64,000 nt of DNA, from NCBI GenBank assembly GCA_951406725.2, contig OX597816.1, positions 109,802,001 through 109,866,000 on the forward strand. The letters run 5' to 3'. Origin of the DNA: Octopus vulgaris (taxonomy: Eukaryota). A program made the translations under genes and the position numbers. Below, piece by piece: positions 53,279 to 64,000 of the stretch. Position 1 is the first letter of the stretch, and every line of letters begins with the position of its first letter. The notes under the pieces were generated by a model. It was given only the letters and a program-made list of their open reading frames with translations. It ran no database searches and had not been told where the DNA came from.

Positions 53279-55764
53279 TCATTATTAAAACGGCATACGA
53301 TGAAATTTAAGAGTATCATATTGGTGGTGAAGGTATTGTGGATCATAATAGAAAGATACAGACAATTTTAGAATATTAATCAACTGCAGTGGATGTCGGC
53401 ATTTCATGTAAAGATTATAATGTAAAATCACCACTAGAAGCACAGACGAAACAACGCTCATCACTAGTAGGAGCATAAACCGATATAAATTGTTTATCCA
53501 ATAGGATAAACTATACAATTAGCAGAAGTGAAATTTTCAGCTGCAGCACCTAATTACTCATAATTTACAATTTTCAAGTAACAGCCATCGAGGGAGAAAA
53601 GTAATGATTTTAAACTAATGGGAACTATGGTTGGAATGATGATGATGTTGATGATGGAATGGAGAGCAGTGATTGTTATGCTGGTGGTTCCAGAAGTAGT
53701 GATGCTGAAGGCGTAAGTGGTGAAGATAATGAGAGTAATGTTGACGCTTACGTCGACAGCAACCATCGTCTTCGTCATCATCATCATTGTCGTCATCATC
53801 ATAGACACTATAGTCATCTTAAATTTCGAAGACTCTATGTTATAAGAACAAATTAGAAACGAATAAAAAGCACAAAATTTAAAATACATTGGAGAAGCAT
53901 TAAATATGGCTAGAAACCATTTCGCTTCATCAAAGATATTGTTTTTCGTTGTGTGTAGCGTTGTTTAATGCTTAAATACTAATTATTTATGACGAACATG
54001 ATTAAAAGTTATATAGCTGGCTTAGAATATTTCAGTTTTAATTGAAAATAACAAATACACAATTCACAAAATGATATTGAATATGTGAAAAAATGTGAAA
54101 GATGTTATTTATACGTAGCAAAGTCTTTTATACAGAAAATGATTTTCGATATCAATTTTGAAAGAATACTGTTCGTTGTTTAACTAATCAGTCTGACAAT
54201 TTTCTTACTCTTCTGTTTTCTATAGCATACAGTTTATTGTTTGTTTGAAACAAAAGTTTTGTTTTTCGCTGGTGAAAGAAAAGAGCTTCCTCGAATGAAG
54301 TGTAAAAATTAAATAAATTTCTATCATCCTGTGCGTTATCTCGAAAAGTTCACCCCATCGGACCGGTGCAAGAGGTAATACATAAAATAATTACTTGCTG
54401 CCTTGTCTAAAAGTTTCACCGAGGATTTCAGTACAGGTCGGCTTTCTAATATATAATTCATTCTTTATACAACGCCTGTTCTTCTTACATAAATTAACTG
54501 CAGCTTAGATAATTACTTGTCATTGAGTGCAACAGGTATTTGACAGGGAATGTATGGAGCACCGGTCAACGTATATTTCTGGACATCTCGACCGAGAAAG
54601 GAAAATGCAGCTTCCCGGCTTTTATTTGTTATATATACACGAATTCTATTAATTACTACATAATGCCTTCTCTTTTTCGACTTAACAGGGATATTGGGAT
54701 GGGCCATTAACTTCCATGTTATTCCTCTTAAGCTATTGGTAAAGTAATGTCACTCATGATTAGGTACTAGCCAAAAATAGAGGCCTTAAATTGCTATTCG
54801 ATTATAGTTTGAAATATAGTTTGAAGTGGCAACACGTATTATGTAAACTTAACATGGCCACCGCATACACTTGTGAAATGCCTTAGCACACTCTTGTGAA
54901 ATCTCTCTCTATCTCTCTGCTCCACATACATATACCTATGAGCCCAACAATACTAGGTCGGTTTCCCTATATCTTATTGGCTAAACCATCCTTGCTTTAG
55001 GACTGTAATATTAGAAACTCTAGCGCTCTCTTCAAATGTAAAACTCATCCAGCATTTATTCTTATATTACTGAACTACATATATAACCGAATTTATTTAG
55101 ATTTGATAGTGTCTTCATCTCAGATAGACTGTATCATTGTATAAATTTTGGACTCCTCAGCCAGCAAACTAGAATCCTATCATCTAATCCATCTTTGAAA
55201 CTAATTTAAGGAATTAGAATTGATTTCCTTCAGGTGCAAATATGATAGAAAAGAGGCAAGGACATTGCTTTTCATTATCCTTTTTTACTTCATACATGAC
55301 AGCTCTGCAGATTGCGTTTTGTTAAATCAGAATTTACATATTCAAAGGACGTGATTAATTGGGAATTAACAAGGGAGGCATTCAAGACCATGTGGAATCT
55401 TCTATCACGTCACTCACCATGCTAGAAATAACAGGCGTATAGCTCAAAAATTTTAACCAATTTTACATAATTTGGATAAGTTCCTCGAATTCCTCCGTAT
55501 AAGCAAAAATGAATTTAACCATTGTTTCACTATAACACATTTAGACTATTACTCACTAAGAAGTGTTGCACTGTTAGTCAGTAATTCGACTCTACTTGCT
55601 ATATTAAGCCCATTGTTCATTCTAATTGCAACATATAACCAATTTGCAATATACGTTGTTATAAACAAACCAACACCGGGCATGAATCGGTGGCAGATTC
55701 CCGCACATACATATGGAAAGAAGAGGTGTACACACATGCACACACACACACACTCACTCACACT

Positions 55765-55826
<62 letters not shown>

Positions 55827-55831
55827 AAGAA

Positions 55832-55867
<36 letters not shown>

Positions 55868-56134
55868 CACGTAGAAAGATATAGTTTTCAACGCGGAAAT
55901 ACTGATAGAACACCATATATAGTATAAAATCCTTTTAGAGCAGAAAAAGTTGTCGGCAACCTGTAATATCCCTGTAATATCCGGTCAAAATGCTCAACTT
56001 TAAGCTGAACTGCCGACCGACAAATTCTTCTACTGTTCTATCAGTATTTACACTTTGAAAAATAGATCTTTCTACTTGTTCTACAAAACATTTCAACGCT
56101 TGAAAAAACAAACTTATGTTTGTTACATATAACG

Positions 56135-56189
<55 letters not shown>

Positions 56190-56689
56190 GGCGAGTTTCT
56201 CGGAGTTTTTCGATGTCTAAACTCACTCACAAACTATTAACAGGCCGAAAACGCACACGATTCTGAGCAGTGGTTCTCTGCACAGAACATGCGTTTGTAA
56301 AGAGTGCTGCTATTGTGGTTGCTGAAAAAGTTCACAAAGTCTGTTGAAAGATATTTATCATGGATGTGTCTACTGCGTATTGTTAACCTTCATATCAATT
56401 AAACATATTTATTCCTTTTAATGAATGGTCAAGTTCCCTGTTACTATCTGGAATGTGTATTTAATTTAGTTTTCTTAACACCACACAAACTGAATACTTC
56501 GTTCTGCTCCTCCATTGCGCGAAGAAGCATAACCATACGTACAAATGAAGATTACAAAATACAACTAACGAATCACACACCTTAATTTACATCCCACCGC
56601 CGGATACGTTGGGCGCATATGTCTTAGAGGTTTCTCGTAGTGAAATAACACAACAGAACAATTCTGAACATAATTCCTGTTGAAATTGC

Positions 56690-57470
56690 ATTCTCACACG
56701 ATTTATACTAGAATTGTCATGCTGATTCCAAAACTACAGTCAGTTTTCTTCCATCTCCTCAAGATTGTTTTTCGACAGCTTACTCCCTGAATAAGCGCGA
56801 TTGTATTGTTTGTCCGTAAGTGATAGGAGTGATCAGCTGCTTTTATTATTTCATTAATAACAATGGGGGAGCATTTTCTAGAGACGGAGTTTAGTTGTCT
56901 TACACTTTACAATTTGGTACTACTGGGTTCAGAAATGCTCTCAGAAACTTTGTATCGTGTCAAGTTTTTGTGAAATAGAAATTCATATTTTACAAAGAAA
57001 AGAGAACGAAAAGGCAATTTTACAATTACATACCGAATAAGAAACAAACACAATCCAAATGATACTTTTTATTGTTTAAGAAATATATTACACAAAATGT
57101 TTAATTACAGATCTTAGATGTTTCTGTGAAACTGGAGATTCAACTATTCTTTGCTGCTTTGCGTGAATATCTTGCACAACGAATGTCTCTGCGCAGCGAA
57201 AAGTAGTTAGCCATCAAGTTTGTGTGCCCCCTACCTGCATACTTAGTCGCCACGGTTTTCATGCATTGCTAGAACCTTTGTCCTTGCTCCTCACTTATTT
57301 CACTACAATGTTCAGGGACATAGTCGTGACATTTGAGCAGGAAATGCTTTTTACACTCATGTTGCATCTCAGTGCTCGAATGTTAGTTAACAGGATCTGC
57401 ACAGTTTTCTTAATCTAACGAATTTCTGTTTCCCAGGATGTCAAACACGATTCTAATAAAAGCATCCTAC
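56690..57470 (-). mobile_element. Decayed Chapaev3-like (CMC) transposase C-terminus
   Basis: DAFIRIVFDILGNRN...LRCNMSVK/HFLLKCHDYVPEHCSEISEEQGQRF*QCMKTVATKYAGR..NLMANYFSLRRD..ARYSRK resembles the GCNMSxKxHFL...SEEQGERFHQ...YxGRW...MADYCWxLKRD motif set. Superfamily name is from recall. Confidence 0.7.
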
Positions 57471-57499
57471 GTTTCCTCCCTTGAGAATGAACCAGAGAA

Positions 57500-57850
57500 C
57501 GCTCTAAGCGTCGTCGTTGAGAACTCACCAGCTGTATGGTGACTACTCATATAATTCGAACGATGATTGAACATTTGAAGCAGATGTTTCAAAGAAGGAT
57601 GATTTCGAGAAACTCTAAATTCGGTTGTTCTCCATACTCACCTGATCTATAGCGCCAAACGTGTTCCGGTGTAGATATGTGAAAGACAGAGTATACCGTA
57701 ACAAACATTAATCCATCCAGTAATTTTTGGCAAACATACATGGGGAAATTGAAGGAATAAGCCAAGAAATATTACGAATGGTGATGGAATACTCTTGAAC
57801 TTGTCTTTGTAAAATAGTGACCTTTTCAAATACGTAGTTTTTCAAACTAA
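57500..57850 (+). mobile_element. Decayed Tc1/mariner transposase C-terminus
   Basis: EHLKQMFQRRMISRNSKFGCSPYSPDL, then YVKDRVYRNK...IHGEIEGISQEILRMVME. Confidence 0.7.
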
Positions 57851-58197
57851 TTCAAAATGTTTTCTAAGATGTGTATTTATTGATTATAAAAGAATAAATG
57901 TAGATATATAATAGATAAGAGTTTTATTATATTGTGCAATAGTCGAGGGACTTTGGACAACTCAAAAGTCCAAATCTCTGAATATTTCCTAATCTATAAA
58001 TAATGCATCACATAATACGCATATGAACCAGAAAAGATGAAACAGAAATATTCTACGCTCGAAATGAGTCAAATCACGCTAATCACACTATATATGGCGT
58101 TTAATAAATTGACGCTAGTCATGAAATGATGATGATGACGATGATGATAATGATGATGATGATGATGATGATGATGATGCTCATCATCATCATCATC

Positions 58198-58231
<34 letters not shown>

Positions 58232-59212
58232 GCAGCAGCAGCAGCAGCAACAACAATAGCAACAAGGTGTTAGATAACTGGCGTGGTAAGCGTTGGATCT
58301 TCCTTTGTATGAAAAAGCTGATTGTGAAATATTGAAAATATACTGTTCTAAAATGGAAATCCATGAATATAGAAATCAAATAAGCAAGCACATTATATTG
58401 ATATAACATAGAAAAAAACGACAAACAGCTAAGGCGTCCTTTATTAGGGTGGAATCTAACGGAACAGGTAATATAAATTTCCTCCATTCTTTCTTAACAG
58501 ACAATATATGTAATATATGTTTTCCGTCCGGAATAGTTAAAATTTTCTCTATTTGTTTAAAAGGAATACCTCTGTCTTCCTGATAAAATATCCAATCCTG
58601 GTGTTTTGTTAATATTATTATAAATAAAGAAGATTGAGATGGTTATGGGAATTCCGATATGTTACAGTTATAATTTATCAATATAGAAATGATACTTCAA
58701 ACCTCTTTTTTTATTGTAAATATTCTTCAATATAATTGCATCTTACATGAAATGCTTCCGCTTCCAATAAGGATGCTACAAACACTTTGCATCTTTAAAT
58801 TCAGTATTTTACCAAGTACTGAATCTCTGTGGCGATAATACTAATTCTATCTGTAATGACAAGCTATAGCAAGTTATCGCGTTATTCGAGGTGGTACTCT
58901 TGCTTGTACGGCCTGATCAATATAGATAAGAAAATCAAATACACGCCAAATATAGAGACGACGGTCAGGGAGGTGACCACAAAAGCGAAGACAGAAAAGG
59001 AAAAGATTAATTATCTTTAAATAAAATAAAAATAAAATGCTTTCATATTTTGTTTCGATAACATCTCTGCCCATAAAAATTTCTTTTCAAACATTGTTAT
59101 TCCAGAAATGATAATCTTGAAATAAATTATTCCATTAGAATTTCAATGAAACCCTTATCTCGTAAATCTTTCAATTCATTTCATTTTCAATTCACTCACT
59201 CAGTAACTGGTA

Positions 59213-59248
<36 letters not shown>

Positions 59249-60123
59249 CTTGAATGGGTTCTTATATATCCTAATTGAAATAAAATCAACATCTCCCATT
59301 AGAATTTTGGATTTCAAAGCAGTTTTAATTTCTATTTATGGCCATTTTGTAGACTTCCGCAAATCCTTTTATATTTCCTATTAATAATCCCCGATTCCAG
59401 CATCATTTATCAATACAAATAAAATTACATCTGACATCACAAAGACATCCATGCCTTCTGTGATTTTACTAACTTTAGATCTGCTTCTAAACAACCCTTT
59501 CCAATAATATTCATTTCATACAAATACATTGAAAATCGCCCATACCAGATTTCAATAGTTTGATAAAGAATTCAACAAGAGACGCATTTATATTCACTTT
59601 AATGTCCCTCTTCATAACTCTCCCTTTCTTTCCCTCTCTCATTTTTGAATTTCACTATCTCTCGTCAGCTTTCATTTATTTCTATTATTCCCTTACTATT
59701 TGGCAAGATGTACAGTGAGTACAGAGGAAGACGCTGACAAACATATATTTAGAGATATGTAACTGAACAAAGAGATAAAATCCCCTCATAGATCTTGTGT
59801 CACAATCTTGGCTTCCGCTCAATAAGATCTTCCTAGTTTAATTGGAAAATGAGAATTCTTACAGTACAACTTATGCACATTTATTAATGTGTCTGTGACA
59901 TATGCACAACTGTGCATGTATATAAATACACATATACAAACTTATCTTTCTAGAGGTATACTCATTACTACGTACGAGGATGTGACTGTATTTATGTATA
60001 AGAACATAGGTAAATTTATAAATATAAATATACACATGTATACATGTAGGCATGCATGTATACGTATGCGTGTGTTTCTGTGTATGTAAACCCAACTAAT
60101 ATGCGTGTATGTGTTTCACTCCG

Positions 60124-60680
60124 TATAGGGTGCTACAAATATAGGTTGACAGTCTTACATTTTCTTTTTTCAGGGTTGTGAGAGGTAAGAGGTAATGGCG
60201 GACAACGTGACAAATAACGAAAGAAATTGGAGCTTAAAAAGTTAGTGCCAAATGTAAAATGCAGAAAAGGTGTAACAGAACTGGATAGATCATTTCATAC
60301 TGACGCTCCGTCTCAACAATCGATTTACAAGATAAAAGCCACATTCGAAGAGACAGATGCAGTGAATAAAGTCTCAAAATCCAGGCGCCCACAAGCTGTT
60401 TCTAATGAAGAAAATGAGATGCAGGTAGCACTGACATTTGTGAATATACCTACGACGTGTACCAGACGAGCGTTGGTTAGGTTGAGTATCTCTGGATCGT
60501 CTCATGAAAAACTGAACTTGTAGCCATACCACTCAAGACTCCTGAAACACCTAACAGAGGATGACCCAGATCGTCGTATGTCGTTCGCAGAAAATTGTCT
60601 GCAAACAGACACGTCAAAAGGAATATACTTCCATAGCTCAAAGTTTTTTTTTCGCAGAGTGACATTACATAAAACATAAA
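60124..60680 (+). mobile_element. Tc1/mariner-superfamily transposase 5' remnant (HTH region)
   Basis: APSQQSIYKIKATFEETDAV..SKSRRPQAVSNEENEMQV...PTTCTRRA...L*PYHSRLLKHLTEDDPDRRMSFAE. Starts TATAGGGTGCTAC, and a similar inverted end GTAGTGGCCCTATA lies at 61361-61374. Confidence 0.8.
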
Positions 60681-62137
60681 TGAGTGACAATTCCTTTGAT
60701 GGACCTAGCTTGATAGGTGGCCTTTTAGTCTGACCACCGGGTAGCCAATCTATTCATACATTGATGCGTTGCAGCTTCTGAAAACGAAACTGAACCTTTC
60801 TATTTTGAGTACACTCGTAGTAAAGGTGGTCATCAGTATAAAATGATTCCTTTTGGTTCCAGTCGACCCGAGCCCAAATGAAACCTACGATTACTGCTTA
60901 CGCAGTTGCTTTGCTTCTTCATTGGTCTCAATACAGAAATTCAGTAGACTATTGTTAAAGTGCAGGCACGTCCACATCATTTTGGGTATTTTAACTGGAT
61001 CGGATGTTTTACTATTTCTAAAATATTTTGTTACATTTGAAGAATTTCTGTTTATATACATGTTCCATTGACAGACAGTCTGCAGATCGTAGTTTGGTGC
61101 CGCATAGCGCCCTGTAACCTAGTAGGAGACTAAAATTTCAAGACTTATTGACATTCTGATGGTAATTGGCCGTCACACCCTAAAGTTGAGCACTGGAGAA
61201 CCACTCTTGTTGGTAAACACCTCAGCAATATGCTCGTTTCCCTGGTCGATGCAGCTGCATTTTTCAGTTTTTGACTCGCTAATGTGCTTTTAGCGTTTTC
61301 TTTAAACTTCTTGAATTGTAACTTTAGCTCTTAACCTGAAACGACTCTCCTTTGATATTAGTAGTGGCCCTATACACACATATTCACTCAAACATATATC
61401 AATATGTATTAAGGAGATCGAGCACCACATTCCTGAAATGTTCGTGGGCATAGAGATTACAATCTTCTACAAAACACATCCATCGTGCAAATAAATAGGA
61501 AAACTGGAAACAGCCAAATGATTACCCCATCACGTAGGAATTGTTGTTCTGAAATACCATACCTTACAGAAGCATGACTAGCTGACATAAAAGTCTTCCA
61601 CTTTCCCACGTCCAGTATCTTGTACAAAGAAAGGGTGATAGTGACATGTCATATCCTGCAGAATGCAAACAGAGTGACTCCAGCATTCCATTTGATCTAC
61701 CACGCCGATCTGTTAATAGTGTGACTGGTGTCACTCGTTATAATGGCAAAAGATATCACATGACCGGAAGTAACCAATGGAGACCGAAACATACTCTTTT
61801 GAGAGTCATTTAAAAACTTTTTGAAACACTTTACTCTGTGTACGTACCGTTGATGGCGTGGACATGACCTACACTTTCTACACCCACAGATTCTAGACTA
61901 ATGTAGCGTTGAGTCAAATTGTTGTAAAACACCTGCAACTACATGCAAATTTGTTGAGTACTATATTCAGCAGTTTATTCACTCACACACACACCCACAC
62001 CCACATTCACTCATACAACATACACATACATACATATATATGTTTCTGTGAGTGTGTGTGTGTGTGTGTGTGTGTGAGTGTGTGTGTGTATGTATGTTTT
62101 GATTGCGTATGTCGTGTATTAATATGGATATAAGAAA

Positions 62138-62358
62138 ACGGTGAGCTGGCAGAATCATTACTTCGCATTGCAAAATGCTCAGTGGCATTTTGCCGGTTTT
62201 TATATTCTGCGATCGAATTCCGCTGAGGTCAACTTTGCATTGCGAGGTCATCCTCGAGGTCATCGTGACCAGAACTAACTCAATGAGTACCCGTTGAGCT
62301 TTTGTGTCGATGTACCTCATCCCAAAATGTAGCTGGTCTTGTGCCAAAATTTGAAACC
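62138..62358 (+). mobile_element. SINE family 2
   Basis: CGGTGAGCTGGCAGAATCATTA...AAAATGCT...CGAATTCCGCTGAGGTCAACTTTGC...GTGCCAAAATTTGAAACC. Confidence 0.75.
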
Positions 62359-62699
62359 GATGTCTACATATAATATACTATATACATATATATGTATGTA
62401 TACATGTATATATATATACGCATATATATACATATATACATATATATATATGCACATACAAATCTATATCTCTATATATATTTATATATATCTATATATA
62501 TACATACATATATATGTATATATCTATACATGTACATCTATATTTATACTCATATATATATATATGTGATAATACTTTCACTTTTAGTTTCAGTATTAAT
62601 AGCGAAACTATAAAAACTGAGTGTATTTTCTCACATTACAATAGCTATGTTATTGTTTCACTTTTGACACTTAAATAATCTAAGAGATAAGATATTGCT

Positions 62700-62900
62700 C
62701 CAGGATCGCATTTGGCAGATAGTTGAAAATCGTCATTGGCGCAGGACACTGCATATATCCTAAGTAAGGCATGTGTAAAATTTGAATGAAATCGGTTGGG
62801 TTGTTCGAGAGTTTTAGTGATGCACACATACATACATACATACACACATATAGACAGACAGGCAGACAGGCACACACACATACTCAGTTATATATATATA
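62700..62900. mobile_element. Possible non-autonomous Helitron/Helentron-associated fragment
   Basis: AAATTTGAATGAAATCGGTTG followed by an (ACAT)n/(AGAC)n tract is a layout typical of such repeats. Termini not verified. Confidence 0.35.
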
Positions 62901-64000
62901 ACAATATATTTTGTTTCCATCTGATGAATTAAAAAGCAAATATCTTTAAGTGAAGTTTGAATATAAACCAAGGAATTCTATTTCAAAATTAATTTTTTAA
63001 TTTACTGATAAAATTTCGAAACTTAATATATACGAGTTGCAATCCAAAGATTTCATTAATTCAGTTATCTATAATTGTCTGTACATTGCTTCTCATAATT
63101 CAATTACTTGGAATGGAGGATCAAATCCGAATTTTTACAAATATTCTTTATTTCTCTTCATTGAAGTGAAAAACATTACTTTAAAATTATTCATGTTTGA
63201 AATTAATGTCAACAAATTTATCGTTAGAAAACTAATTCTAATTTGCACAAATTATATTTATCTCTTTTCTTGTTAAAGATGTTTTGAAAAAGATTTCAAA
63301 TATAATATAGTGTAAATATTAAAAGAAAAACATCTCATGCCCAAAAAATAAATACATAATGGATAAAAATATAAAAAGAAAGAAATAATGAAATAATTAA
63401 TATAAAAAATAATTATAAAAAATTATACTCCCTTAATTCGAATAGTCTTATGTCTCCAAAACAGTTTCGAAAGAGAAAATTTTTAACCAATTAGTAATCA
63501 AATTATTTAAATATAATTTTTAGATAATCTGATTGAAAATGTGTAGTATATTGTATGTGAATCTGTGCGTAAATGTGTATGGTTACCTACGACTATTTTG
63601 TCTGTACATATATATGTAATTGTATTTGTGCTATGTATGCATATCTTGAAGTTTCAATGTTTTGTGTCTGCATGTTTTCTTTTATAGTCTGTCATATATT
63701 TCTATTTTCCCTTTGAGCACGTTGTACTTAGTTTGTGTGAATAAACTTTCTCACAAAAGTGTGTTTTGATGCGACTGTTATCGAGTTTATTTGTTGTCAT
63801 ATGTGCAAACGTATTTATTCTTTATGGGTGCGTGTGTGTGTGTGCATGCGCGCGTGGGTGTGAGTGTGTGTGTGTGTGTGCATGCGCGCGTGGGTGTGAG
63901 TGTGTGTGTGTGTTTGTGCCTCCATGTCTTTGCGTGACTGTGTGTATCCCATATCTGAGTATTTTATTGTGAAATTATATGTTGCAATGCAGCATGGGAG

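Noticed and set aside
62915-62970. CTGATGA...GAAG hammerhead-like motif
   Set aside because: GAAA box is mutated and the stems are weak. Likely chance or too decayed to call.

Overview
AT-rich, microsatellite-saturated eukaryotic DNA that looks intergenic or intronic. The SINE/LINE repertoire resembles what I recall from coleoid cephalopod (Octopus) genomes, which is an inference. I found no intact host protein gene, and most ORF-track hits are translations of simple repeats. The window is a mosaic of mobile-element relics: a Penelope-like element (GIY-YIG), R4/Dong-like LINEs in (TAA)n tracts, RTE and L1/Tx1 fragments, Tc1/mariner and Chapaev3-like transposase remnants, MITE-like palindromes and tRNA-type SINEs. 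The notable signal is RNA-level. Seven well-formed minimal type-I hammerhead ribozymes (HHRs) from three sequence families are present, plus decayed ones. The best case is a non-coding 352-bp HHR unit at 31.4-32.5 kb, inserted as one inverted partial copy plus 2.2 tandem copies between 13-bp target-site duplications. This is a retrozyme-like element predicted to yield a 352-nt self-cleaved, possibly circular, RNA. The 3' half of the unit is a multi-hairpin domain that reappears, diverged in sequence but structurally conserved, as the inverted termini of an otherwise unrelated ORF1-bearing element at 11 kb.
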